Assembly: GCA_946413885.1 (NCBI GenBank)
Contig: CAMKMK010000001.1
Coordinates: forward strand, 1-47,536
Reading direction: 5' to 3'
DNA length: 47,536 bases
From: an uncultured Prevotellaceae bacterium
Lineage (GTDB): Bacteria; Bacteroidota; Bacteroidia; Bacteroidales; Bacteroidaceae
Shown here piece by piece: positions 36,579 through 47,000 of the stretch (within the stretch, counting starts at the first letter, position 1; each line of letters begins with the position of its first letter). The position numbers and the translations under genes are program-made. The notes below the pieces were generated by a model. It had not been told where the DNA came from. It did no database searches and saw nothing but the letters and a program-made list of their open reading frames with translations.

Positions 36579-37721
36579 ATGGAACTCGTTCCTATCTATG
36601 CTTTTGCACTATCGCTCTGGATACTCTCCATGTTACGCTGTCTTCACTATAAGCGATTAGGGAACATGGCGAAAAGGGCTCAAACTCCCACAGGTGAAGT
36701 TCCTCCAGTCAGCATAATAATAACTGCACACAATCAGGAAGATGTGCTACGCCAGAAACTGCCTATCCTGCTTGGACAGGAATATTCCAATGACTACGAG
36801 ATTATCGTGGTGGACATAAGCAGTTCAGACGAAACGATTCCTCTGTTGGAAGCTCTCGAAGAGGAATATCCTAATTTACGTCATACCGCCACACCTGCCA
36901 CAGCTCGCGACATAAGCCTCCAACGATTAGCTTTGACACTTGGCATCAAGGCTGCCGATAACGAATGGGTGGTGTTGCTCAGCCCTGACTGCAACCCTTC
37001 AGGTACAGAATGGTTAAGATCTCTATGTGCATCATGTACCCCTGAAAAAGATGCTGTACAGGCTTTCGTTCATTATGGGAAAGTACGTGGATGGAATGCT
37101 CATAAATGGCAGTTCATGAAATTGTGGCAACAAATGCTATGGATTCCTTTCAACGAACACCATGCGCCATACAGGTCAGACGAGAGTTGCCTCTGTTATC
37201 GACGCAGCAAATTCCTAGAGCACCAAGGATTCGCCTCGCATGCCAACCTGATTGCTGGAGCTGAAGAACTGATGATAAACCATAATGTGAAAAAAGGACA
37301 CTTCACTACTGCTTTAGCCTCACAGTCCATCACAACGAGAGACACCCCTCATTCAGACCATCATTGGCGACAAGATCAAGTCTTTTTTATGGAAACACGT
37401 CAACACATGAAAAATCCATGGTTCTATCGTATATGGTATGCCTGTTTAGTTCTTCTACAACTTACATTCAACATCGTCTTCATCCCCTTTGCCATTTGGC
37501 ATTACCCCAATTACTACATGATGGGAGGATTTGCATTTTTGTGGCTGGTACATTTGCTTATACGCGACTACTGCTTTAACCATACGGCAAAAACTTTGGG
37601 AGCAAAAACATATCATTTCACCTTGCCGCTGATGGTCAATCTCGTACCTTTATGGGACATCACAGCTTATATGCGCTGGCGATTCAGTAGCAAACAAACA
37701 TTCCGCAAGAAATTCATATAA
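36579..37721 (+). CDS. Membrane-embedded family-2 glycosyltransferase
   Basis: 380 aa with an N-terminal TM, a GT2 core (VSIIITAHNQ, IIVVDISSSDET, LLSPDC) and a C-terminal multi-TM region. Confidence 0.75.
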   Translation: MELVPIYAFALSLWILSMLRCLHYKRLGNMAKRAQTPTGEVPPVSIIITAHNQEDVLRQKLPILLGQEYSNDYEIIVVDISSSDETIPLLEALEEEYPNLRHTATPATARDISLQRLALTLGIKAADNEWVVLLSPDCNPSGTEWLRSLCASCTPEKDAVQAFVHYGKVRGWNAHKWQFMKLWQQMLWIPFNEHHAPYRSDESCLCYRRSKFLEHQGFASHANLIAGAEELMINHNVKKGHFTTALASQSITTRDTPHSDHHWRQDQVFFMETRQHMKNPWFYRIWYACLVLLQLTFNIVFIPFAIWHYPNYYMMGGFAFLWLVHLLIRDYCFNHTAKTLGAKTYHFTLPLMVNLVPLWDITAYMRWRFSSKQTFRKKFI

Positions 37722-38347
37722 TGGAGAGTTTACCATTCATAGCCTGGTGCCTGAAGCATCTCAACTACTGGGTTATCTGTCTGCTGATGACCATCGAAAG
37801 TAGCTTTATCCCATTCCCCAGTGAAGTGGTCGTGCCTCCTGCCGCCTACATGGCTGCAGCTAATGGGGAACAGAACGTTTTCCTAATCGTGATAGCTGCT
37901 ACATTGGGTGCTGTCATTGGAGCTATCATCAACTACGGACTTGCCCTATACTTGGGTCGTCCCATCGTATACAAGTTTGCCAATAGTCGGCTAGGGCACA
38001 TGTGTCTGATAGATCAAGAAAAGGTAGAGTTAGCGGAACAATATTTCCAGAAACATGGTGCTATCGGTACTTTTGTAGGGAGATTGGTTCCAGCCGTCCG
38101 CCAACTAATAAGCATCCCTGCTGGTCTGGCGAAAATGAATTTTGGGAAATTCGTTGGCTACACAGCGTTAGGAGCTGGTGTGTGGAACTCCATCCTCGCA
38201 ACAATTGGATACTATCTGGCCAGTGTGGTTCCATACGACAAGCTGGATTCCGCCGTTGCTGAGTATGCAGGTTATTTGAAGATAGCTATGATTACTTTAG
38301 GTGCAGGAGTCGTTTTATACCTTATATTTAAGGGCATGAAAAAATGA
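37721..38347 (+). CDS. DedA/SNARE-associated family membrane protein
   Basis: 208 aa. The TIESSFIPFPSEVV and FVGRLVPAVRQLISIPAG motifs are typical of DedA. It overlaps the GT2 stop by 1 nt. Confidence 0.85.
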   Translation: MESLPFIAWCLKHLNYWVICLLMTIESSFIPFPSEVVVPPAAYMAAANGEQNVFLIVIAATLGAVIGAIINYGLALYLGRPIVYKFANSRLGHMCLIDQEKVELAEQYFQKHGAIGTFVGRLVPAVRQLISIPAGLAKMNFGKFVGYTALGAGVWNSILATIGYYLASVVPYDKLDSAVAEYAGYLKIAMITLGAGVVLYLIFKGMKK

Positions 38348-39537
38348 GACGAATTGCAACTCTATTTTCTTTTGCACTATTGTCAGCTGTCATACTTCCA
38401 GTTCAGGCACAGATATGGGACCACATGTTTCTGGATGAATACAGGATAGACTCAGCAGACACCAAAGCCCTGAAAGTGGAACTCAATGCACTCGCCTTCT
38501 TTCGCGACAACGAATACGATTCTAACATTACCCGCGGATACACTCTACCCGGAACATGGCTGCAACCCGAGCTTACTTACAACCCTATCACTCCTATACA
38601 TCTGGAGTTGGGACTACATGGACTTATCATGGATGGTGCCAACAAATATCCAAACTATGCCTATCACGATATAGCGACATGGAAAGGCAACCAATACACG
38701 AGCGGAGCACATCTTCTACCTTGGTTCCGTGCTCAAGCTGACCTACGTCATCTGACATTTGTGTTAGGCAATATCTATGGGGCACAAAACCACCGACTGA
38801 TTGATCCTCTTTTTAATCCTGAACAGAACCTCACGACAGACCCTGAAATGGGTGTGCAGATTTTTCTGGATAGACCACACATTCATCTGGATACCTGGAT
38901 CAATTGGCAGAGTTATATCTACGAGTTGGATACCCATCAAGAAGCTTTCACCGTAGGAGTTAATTCCCAAATTAAATGGAACAAGAAGGAGAACCACTTC
39001 TTTTGGAGTTCCCCCATCCAGATACTCATCCAGCATAGGGGAGGCGAACAGGATGTGACTGAATTGGGCGTACAAACTCTATGCAACGCATCAGCTGGAA
39101 TGCGTATGGATTACACACCTGCAAACAATCACATACTCACATGTCTATCAAGTGAAGTGAACATCTTGGGAAGCTATCAGCAGAGTGGCCATCTATGGCC
39201 TTTCGATACAGGATTCTCCACGCATGTAAGCGTGTCAGCAAGTTTATGGGATAAGTTAGGTATGAAAATGGGATACTTCGATGCCCCTAAACAATATGCA
39301 AACCTTTACGGATCACCATTCATGAGCACCATCTCTCTAAAGCATGAAGATCTCACATTTGACGGGTTGCACACAGCCTATTTACGTGCTGATTACACCC
39401 ATACCTTTACCAAAGACTACAAATTGGGTGCTGAGTTGGAGGCTTTCAGCGCTCATTCTCATAACGAAAATGACTTGTGTTTCTCTTTCGGAATTTATCT
39501 TAAAGTGGATCCGTCCATCCTGATAAAACACTGGTAA
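38344..39537 (+). CDS. Predicted outer-membrane beta-barrel protein, unknown family
   Basis: 397 aa with signal peptide MRRIATLFSFALLSAVILPVQAQ, alternating beta-strand patterning and a terminal aromatic residue (...ILIKHW). It has an ATGA overlap with the DedA gene. Confidence 0.6.
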   Translation: MRRIATLFSFALLSAVILPVQAQIWDHMFLDEYRIDSADTKALKVELNALAFFRDNEYDSNITRGYTLPGTWLQPELTYNPITPIHLELGLHGLIMDGANKYPNYAYHDIATWKGNQYTSGAHLLPWFRAQADLRHLTFVLGNIYGAQNHRLIDPLFNPEQNLTTDPEMGVQIFLDRPHIHLDTWINWQSYIYELDTHQEAFTVGVNSQIKWNKKENHFFWSSPIQILIQHRGGEQDVTELGVQTLCNASAGMRMDYTPANNHILTCLSSEVNILGSYQQSGHLWPFDTGFSTHVSVSASLWDKLGMKMGYFDAPKQYANLYGSPFMSTISLKHEDLTFDGLHTAYLRADYTHTFTKDYKLGAELEAFSAHSHNENDLCFSFGIYLKVDPSILIKHW

Positions 39538-40712
39538 TGAAGGAAAAAACTTGGAACCGCAATTATCTGAAGGCCTGGAGTGCAAACTTTATGCTATTCT
39601 TCTCCTTCATGATCCAGACTCCCCTGCTCCCACTTTATCTTAGCGAAGAGTTTGGTGCCAGTAAAGACGAGATAGGCATGGTATTGAGTGGATATGCGTT
39701 AACTGCTCTGCTAATCCGTCCTTTCAGCGGTTTTCTCGTAGACAGTTTTCCACGCAAAATTGTACTGCTCTGTTGCTGGTTCCTTTTCTTCATCCTTTTT
39801 GGAGGATATTTATTAGCGGGAAGTTTACTCTCATTCTTCATCATCCGCACTCTGCATGGTGCCCCTATGGGAGCTACTACGGTTTCTAACAGTACAGTAG
39901 CGATTGATGTCCTTCATCCTACGCGACGAGCTGAAGGAATTGGATACTATGGACTCAGTAATAATTTGGCTACTGCCATCTCACCCACCGTGGGCTTGCT
40001 CATTTATCAATGGTGGAACAATTACCAACTCATTTTCGCCATTGCTCTCCTCTCAGCAGGAATAGGATTTCTTATCAATTCCACACTTAAATTAAAAGAC
40101 CGTGAACTGCAACATGAAAAAAGTCCCATCTCACTTGACCGTTTCCTTCTTGTAGAAGGATGGAGCGAGGGAATCGCCATGACTTGTTATTCCTTTTCTT
40201 ACGGGGTCATTTCTACGTATCTGGCCATTTATGGAAAAGAGGAGTTGGGCATAACAGCAGGCACTGGCCTCTTTTTCGCTTTACTGAGTACAGGTTTAAT
40301 CATGAGTCGATTAGTAGGGGCACGTGCCTTGCGACAAGGCAAAGTTGTCGAGAATGCAAGTTACGGCGTGATTGTCAGTGTGTGTGGTTATCTGCTTTTT
40401 GCTGCCGTCCACAACCCCATTGGATATTATGGTGCTGCTCTCATCATTGGATTGGGTAATGGACACATGTTTCCCGCTTTTCAGACAATGTTCATCAATC
40501 TTGCCCCAAACAACAAAAGAGGAACAGCCAACAGCACATTGCTGACAGCATGGGATTTGGGTATGGGACTGGGGATTATCTTTGGTGGCTTCGTAGCCGA
40601 GAGTTGGGGATATGGGACAGCTTTCTGGGTAGCATGGATAGTCAATGCATTGGGCGTAGTCTTTTTTCTTGTCTTCGTCAGGAATCATTTCCTTCGCAAC
40701 AAGCTTCGTTAA
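39537..40712 (+). CDS. MFS transporter
   Basis: 391 aa with about 12 TM helices and an MFS loop motif (RPFSGFLVDSFPRK). It overlaps the upstream stop by 1 nt. Confidence 0.85.
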   Translation: MKEKTWNRNYLKAWSANFMLFFSFMIQTPLLPLYLSEEFGASKDEIGMVLSGYALTALLIRPFSGFLVDSFPRKIVLLCCWFLFFILFGGYLLAGSLLSFFIIRTLHGAPMGATTVSNSTVAIDVLHPTRRAEGIGYYGLSNNLATAISPTVGLLIYQWWNNYQLIFAIALLSAGIGFLINSTLKLKDRELQHEKSPISLDRFLLVEGWSEGIAMTCYSFSYGVISTYLAIYGKEELGITAGTGLFFALLSTGLIMSRLVGARALRQGKVVENASYGVIVSVCGYLLFAAVHNPIGYYGAALIIGLGNGHMFPAFQTMFINLAPNNKRGTANSTLLTAWDLGMGLGIIFGGFVAESWGYGTAFWVAWIVNALGVVFFLVFVRNHFLRNKLR

Positions 40713-41473
40713 ATTTCTATCACCAATCCATCATAAGCCAAATGGATTCCCTCTGGCAACAAAGCATCCTCTACAGCATGTAACCCAACGTGATGAGACA
40801 TGTGGATAAGATATGTTGGAACATTCAATCCTACTCTACGACTGAATTCAATAGCCTGCCTAACCGTCTGATGAGTGGGATGGGGTTCATGTCGCAACGC
40901 ATTCACTATCAAAAGCTTAATACCATAAAGGAGTTCCACGTCTTCGTCCTCCATAGTGGTCATGTCAGATATATAAGCCAAGTCGTCAATACGAAAACCC
41001 AAGATGGGTAACTTGCCATGAATTACACGCAAAGAAGTCACCTTTACATTACCCACCATGACAACCTCATGAGGTTCCATTTCCTCCAGTCTCAGATGTG
41101 GTACTCCAGGATACTTGTGCTCCACCAAACAATAAGGTAAACGTTGGCGTAAATGAGTGGCTGCATAAGGATCGGCATAGACAGGCAGATTCTGCATATA
41201 ACTGAAAGGGCGCAAATCATCCAGTCCACCCACATGATCATAATGTTCGTGAGTAATGAAGACGGCATCCAGTACTTTATCAAACCCTATCCGCAACATC
41301 TGTTCACGAAAATCAGGACCACAATCCAGCAGAATATTTGTATCACCTTTTTCTACCAGAACAGAACATCGAAGTCGTTTGTCACGAGGATCATCGCTCA
41401 TACACACCGCACAATGACATCCTATCTGAGGTACTCCACAACTGGTACCCGTTCCTAATATAGTAACCTTCAT
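40709..41473 (-). CDS. MBL-fold metallo-hydrolase (PhnP-like)
   Basis: 254 aa with the HxHxDH motif (THEHYDHVGG) and the N-terminal LGTGTSCGVP. Its 3' end overlaps the convergent MFS gene by 4 nt. Confidence 0.85.
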   Translation of the reverse strand: MKVTILGTGTSCGVPQIGCHCAVCMSDDPRDKRLRCSVLVEKGDTNILLDCGPDFREQMLRIGFDKVLDAVFITHEHYDHVGGLDDLRPFSYMQNLPVYADPYAATHLRQRLPYCLVEHKYPGVPHLRLEEMEPHEVVMVGNVKVTSLRVIHGKLPILGFRIDDLAYISDMTTMEDEDVELLYGIKLLIVNALRHEPHPTHQTVRQAIEFSRRVGLNVPTYLIHMSHHVGLHAVEDALLPEGIHLAYDGLVIEI

Positions 41474-41657
41474 CTCACAACAAATTCATGCCAATCTCAC
41501 AATTCACAACTGATTTGGAATCATTCAGGGACAATCATTCATGCAAAATTAATAAAAAATTGAAACAAAAAATCTATTTAACGGAAATGTAATTCAGAAT
41601 ATGAATATTTTTTCATAATTTTGTAGCAACAATACATCTTCTTATGCTCTATTAATT

Positions 41658-42827
41658 ATGTTATGTCAAGATAAATTTCTGGAAATATACAAGAAAGCTC
41701 CTGAACGTCTGGCTTTCTGTCCTTATCGCATTTGTCCACTGGGTGCACATTCAGATCACAATCTGGGTAAAATCACAGGCTTTGCGATTGATAAAGGTAT
41801 CCACATTGCATACCGTCCTAAACAGAATGGTATCGTGGAACTTTGTTCCCTACAATTCGAAAAACGTGCCCAATGGCATATCAATGAGGTTTCCCGAACT
41901 AAAGAAGGGGACTGGGCTGATTATTTGCGTGGCGCAACCCTGAAGTTAACTGAGAAATATCGTCTCGTCAAAGGTGTTAGCGGAGTTATTGAAGGAAGTC
42001 TTCCCATCGGTGGTCTCTCCTCTTCCGCTGCAGTTGTGCTGGCTTTTTTGAAAGCCCTCTGCGACGTAAACGAAATATGCCCCACTCCCCAAGAACTTAT
42101 CATGATGTCCGTCAGGGCAGAAAATGAATACGTGGGTGTCAGCAGTGGGAAGCTCGATCAAAGTTGTGAGATGTATGCCCGCAAGAATCATCTGCTGTAT
42201 TTGGACACAAAAGATGACACCTATGAATTGATTCCTGCCAGTCCCTCAATGAAACCCTACAAGATTGCCATCTTTTTCAGTGGAGTAGAGCGTACTTTGG
42301 CTGGAAGCAAGTTCAACATGCGTGTGGATGAGTTGCGCAGTGCAGCCTATGCCCTCGCTGCTTATGCTGGCATGGAGTATGGCAAATTCCAGGAGACAAA
42401 CATGCGCGACATTCCTCGCGAAGTTTATGACAAATACAAAAATCAGTTACCAGAAAACTGGCACAAGCGTGCTGAACATTGGATGAGCGAATTCGATCGT
42501 GTTCAAAAAGGAGCAGAAGCATGGCGTCATGGCAACATTGAAGAATACGGCCGCTTGAGTTTCGAGAGTGGATGGTCAAGTATATACTACTGGGAGACTG
42601 GATCGCCTGAGTTAAAGACGCTCTATGACATTATGACCCACACAGAAGGCATCTATGGCGGTCGCTTCAGCGGAGCTGGTTTCAAGGGTTGTTGCATGGC
42701 TCTCATCGATCCTGCCTATCAAGATAGTATCGTAAGGAACGTTACTAAGGAATACATCAAAGCCTTCCCTGAGTTGCAAGGTAAATACATGGTGCATATT
42801 TGCGACAGCGCTGACGGACTTGTATAA
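41658..42827 (+). CDS. GHMP-family sugar kinase (galactokinase-like), substrate unknown
   Basis: 389 aa with a GalK-like N-terminal motif (RICPLGAHSDHNLG), the GHMP ATP motif (PIGGLSSSAA) and a C-terminal GGRFSGAGFKGC. Confidence 0.75.
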   Translation: MLCQDKFLEIYKKAPERLAFCPYRICPLGAHSDHNLGKITGFAIDKGIHIAYRPKQNGIVELCSLQFEKRAQWHINEVSRTKEGDWADYLRGATLKLTEKYRLVKGVSGVIEGSLPIGGLSSSAAVVLAFLKALCDVNEICPTPQELIMMSVRAENEYVGVSSGKLDQSCEMYARKNHLLYLDTKDDTYELIPASPSMKPYKIAIFFSGVERTLAGSKFNMRVDELRSAAYALAAYAGMEYGKFQETNMRDIPREVYDKYKNQLPENWHKRAEHWMSEFDRVQKGAEAWRHGNIEEYGRLSFESGWSSIYYWETGSPELKTLYDIMTHTEGIYGGRFSGAGFKGCCMALIDPAYQDSIVRNVTKEYIKAFPELQGKYMVHICDSADGLV

Positions 42828-42859
42828 CGATAGAGTAACCATAAACAGAAAATACATTT

Positions 42860-43600
42860 ATGAAATGTCTGATATTGGCAGCAGGATATGCCACACGACT
42901 CTATCCCCTGACTGAGAATTATCCCAAGCCACTCCTTAACGTGAAAAGCAAGACCATTCTGGATTGGCTAATTGATGATATCGATGGAGCTGGGCTGGTA
43001 GATGAGTTCATCATAATTTCCAATCACCGTTTTGCCCACCACTTTACAGATTGGGCTAAAAAGAAAGAAAAAACGATCACTGTGGTGAATGATGGAACCA
43101 GTTCCAACGAGACACGCTTAGGGGCCGTAAAGGATATCCAGTTCACTATCGAGCAGTTCGGGATAGACGATGATATGCTCGTAATTGCAGGTGACAACGT
43201 ATTGGATTTCAGTCTTCAACGCTTTATTCGTTATGCTTTGGAGAAGAAAACAAGTTGCATCATGCGCTATTATGAGCCCACATACGAGAAACTCCTGAAG
43301 TGTGGCATAGTGACCATCGATGAGAATGACCGCATCCTCCGCATGACAGAGAAATCTCCCACTCCAGAGACTCACTGGTGCTGCCCTCCTTTCTATTATT
43401 ATACACGCGAGGATGCCCGTTTAGTCCAGGCTGGTATAGACGCTGGCTGTGGTACAGATGCACCTGGAAGCTACATCGCTTGGCTCTGTACACAAGTTCC
43501 TGTCCACGCGATGGAGATGCCAGGACGACGTTATGATATCGGAAATTTGACGAGTTACAAAGAGGTTCAGGACACGTACCCTGGAATCATAATTAAATGA
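42860..43600 (+). CDS. Sugar-phosphate nucleotidyltransferase
   Basis: 246 aa. LILAAGYATRLYPLTENYPKPLL is the canonical NTP-transferase G-rich loop. Confidence 0.85.
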   Translation: MKCLILAAGYATRLYPLTENYPKPLLNVKSKTILDWLIDDIDGAGLVDEFIIISNHRFAHHFTDWAKKKEKTITVVNDGTSSNETRLGAVKDIQFTIEQFGIDDDMLVIAGDNVLDFSLQRFIRYALEKKTSCIMRYYEPTYEKLLKCGIVTIDENDRILRMTEKSPTPETHWCCPPFYYYTREDARLVQAGIDAGCGTDAPGSYIAWLCTQVPVHAMEMPGRRYDIGNLTSYKEVQDTYPGIIIK

Positions 43601-43624
43601 AAATATAGAAAAAACTGACGTGAT

Positions 43625-44017
43625 ATGAAGAAAACACTCACATTAGCATTACTGGCAATATCAGGCGACATGCTCGCACAACAAGATATATACGTTTATC
43701 TATCCGACTTGTACACACCTGTACTTCAGGCAAACAGCGTACAGCGAATCGAGTTTGGAGAAACGGGTGTCCAAGTCATTACCACCACAGGCGAGACGCA
43801 ATCTGCCAGTTATGACTCATTCGACTATTTTCGTTTCTATCCCACCCCCACCCCGACAGGAGTTAAGATAGTAGCAGAGAAGGCTGCAAAGGAAAGTTCC
43901 ATCTATAGCCTGACTGGAGTGAAACAGAACCCAACAGGCAACATTCCCGCTGGGGTCTACATCAGGATAGAGAAGCTTGATGGACAAGAAAACGTAAAGA
44001 AAATCCTAAAGAGATGA
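43625..44017 (+). CDS. Small secreted protein: signal peptide, roughly 55-aa domain, PTPTPTG linker, T9SS-like C-terminal tail
   Basis: 130 aa. The tail SIYSLTGVKQNPTGNIPAGVYIRIEKLDGQENVKKILKR resembles Por secretion tails. Confidence 0.6.
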   Translation: MKKTLTLALLAISGDMLAQQDIYVYLSDLYTPVLQANSVQRIEFGETGVQVITTTGETQSASYDSFDYFRFYPTPTPTGVKIVAEKAAKESSIYSLTGVKQNPTGNIPAGVYIRIEKLDGQENVKKILKR

Positions 44018-44025
44018 TACGCACA

Positions 44026-47000
44026 ATGAAAAACTCATTTATATCAAAGGGCAGTCTGCTCCTAAAGGCTTTAGTATTATGTGGTGTCATTACCACAGCC
44101 CAGGCCGATGACAATCTCTATGTGTACAAGAATGGTGTCATCATGTTCCGCGAGAAAGCTGTCAAAGTGGATAGCGTCGCAATGGAGGAAGGCAAGAGCA
44201 TAGTCACCTTGTATGATGCAGCCAAGAAGGTTCTCTACACAGCCCCTCGCAGTCAAGTGGACAGCATATCCTTCACTACCGACGTTCCACAAGCCGACAT
44301 GTTGGATGTGCGCTTCAATGCTGACGGCACAGCAACCGACATATCTCCAATGCAGATGAAAGTCCAGAAAATAGGGAACACACAAACCGTCTATTACAAC
44401 GAAACATACAAGCGCTATGCCGCCAACTTCGTGAATCCCTGGGCTGGTAATGCATCCGGCTATTATAAAGTTGACTGGGAGAACAACACAAAATTCAAGA
44501 ACATGCTGGCAAACGGACACACGTTGGAGTGTATCATGATGGCCAATTACACACCACCTATTGCAAATGTTGAGGCAAAATGGTTCTCCAGTCATCAGGC
44601 AGGTGGCACAGGATTTCTCATCAGCACCATTAGTGGAAGCCGACAGAACGAGATAACTTTCCTGCCCAATGTGTCCACGAGCGGAAGCAGCACTTGGCGT
44701 TGGGCTACCAGTGGCGTGGTTCCTCAACCTGGCGTTTACTATCATTTGGTGGGTGTATGGAACAAGGCTCTAAAGAAGGCATATATCTACGTTAATGGAG
44801 AACTCAAGAATACTGTAGAGGCTTCTGGTAACTTCGTTCTTCCCCAGAGTGGAAGCGGATGGTTTGGTATTGGTTGCGATCCAAGTGGTTCCAATGGTAA
44901 TACAGCTTGGAATGGCGATGTCGTCATGGCTCGTATCTACGACTCTCCACTCAATGCTGAACAAGTCAGCAAACTGTGGAATCAAGTCCGCATTCTGGAA
45001 GAGAACGCTCCCAAACCTATGGTCAGCAATGTAACTCTCTCGAGCGGATATCCTGTAGCCCCTGGCACGAACTTCAAGATTGGAGCAACAGGGTTCCAAG
45101 AGGGTGACCAGATTGTGCTGCAACAAGTCAACTCGTCGTACAGCATCACCCTTCCTTTGGAGAAAGTGACTGAGACAGGTGGTACCATCATTATCCCTGA
45201 GGAACTTACCAGCGATCAATACAGCATCATCTTGAAGCGTGGCGACCAGACTCAACGGTTGGGCACTTGCACATTTATGGTAACCTCCAGCATGCCTCAT
45301 GGCATGAAGGTCATTGCACATCGCGGGTACTGGAACAAGGCTGGTGCCGCCCAGAACAGCCGCGCATCTCTGCAATATGCCTTCGATGTACAATGTTATG
45401 GTTCAGAGACAGACGTCTGGATCACACAGGACGGCCACGTGATGGCAAATCATGATGCAACCTTCAATGGCGTCAGTATCCAGAACTCAACCTATGAAAC
45501 TTGCAAGAACCTCACGCTCAGCAATGGCGAGAAGATGCCTGAGTTGAAAGACTTCCTGGAAATGCTCGTTAAGGAAGACTCCTGTAAGCTCATCATTGAG
45601 ATCAAGACTCACAGCGATGAAGCGCGTGGTAAGATTTGTTGTGACAGTTGCATTACTCAGGTTCATCGCATGGGACTTCAGGATAAGGTGGAGTACATCG
45701 CCTTCAGTCTCAACCTATGCCGAGAAATTGTCAGATTGGACCCCAATGCTCACGTAGCTTACCTGAATGGCGACAAAGACCCACAAACCCTTTACGATTA
45801 CGGCATCATGGGACTTGACTACACGGCCAACAACTATCGAAGAAATCCTTCATGGATTCCTAAAGCCAGAGAACTGGGCATGACAACCAACGTTTGGACC
45901 ATCGACAGCAAGGATGAGATGATTGAAATGTCAAATCTCGACATCGACTACATCACCACAAATAATCCTGAAACAGCCAAAGAGGTTTATGCTTATTACC
46001 AAGCTAATTCTCATCACGAAAATGGAGAAAATGATGAAGACAAGCCTATTGCCGACCTTTTGGATGTTTGTTTCAATTCCGACGGAACGGCAATTGACTT
46101 GTCTCCCATGAAAATGAAGATAGAAAAATGTGGAAACGCGCAAAATGTATATTACAATGAAATTTTCAAGTGCTATGCTGCCAACTTCACGACCCCTTGG
46201 TCTTCAAAACCTTCTGACTATTACAAGATTAATTTTGAGGACAACAAAGCTTTCCGCGATGCCTTGGCCGATGGTCACAGTTTGGAGGTTTTGGCGATGC
46301 CTGATTATGAAGGGAACCTTCCTGACGTGGAGGCCAAGCCATTTTCTGCAATGCAAGCCGGTGGCACAGGTTTCCTAATTAACAGATTGTCCAATGGCCC
46401 ACAAAATTCGTTTACTTTCCTGCCCAATGTCTCTACTACTGGTTCTAGTACATGGCGATGGACTACCAGTAACGTATTTCCCCAATCTGGTTTCTATTAC
46501 CATGTGATTGGCGTTTATAATAAGGAAGAGGCCAAGTCCTACATTTATGTAAATGGAGAACTCTGCAACACTGTGGATTCTCCTGGTGACTTCCGCTTTG
46601 CCAATGCTGGATGCAACTGGTTCTGTGTAGGCGGTGATGCAAGTGCCAACGGTGCAGAGGCAGGTTGGAGAGGCGATGTCATCATTGCCCGTGTCTATGA
46701 CAAGCCTCTCACAGAAGAAGAGGTAAAGAAATTATGGAAACCAGTCCGCATTCTGGAAGAGAACGCTCCCAAGCCTATGGTCAGCAATGTAACTCTCTCG
46801 AGTGGATATCCTGTAGCCCCTGGCACGAACTTCAAGATTGGAGCAACAGGGTTCCAAGAGGGTGACCAGATTGTGCTGCAACAAGTCAACTCGTCGAACA
46901 GCATCACCCTTCCTTTGGAGAATGTGACTGAGACAGGTGGCACCATCACCATCCCTGAGGAACTTACCAGCAATCAATATGTCATCATCCTGAAGCGTGG

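Noticed and set aside
40709-40712. 4-nt overlap of the convergent MFS and MBL-hydrolase gene ends as a regulatory feature
   Set aside because: Small convergent overlaps are common in compact genomes, and no additional structure is visible here.
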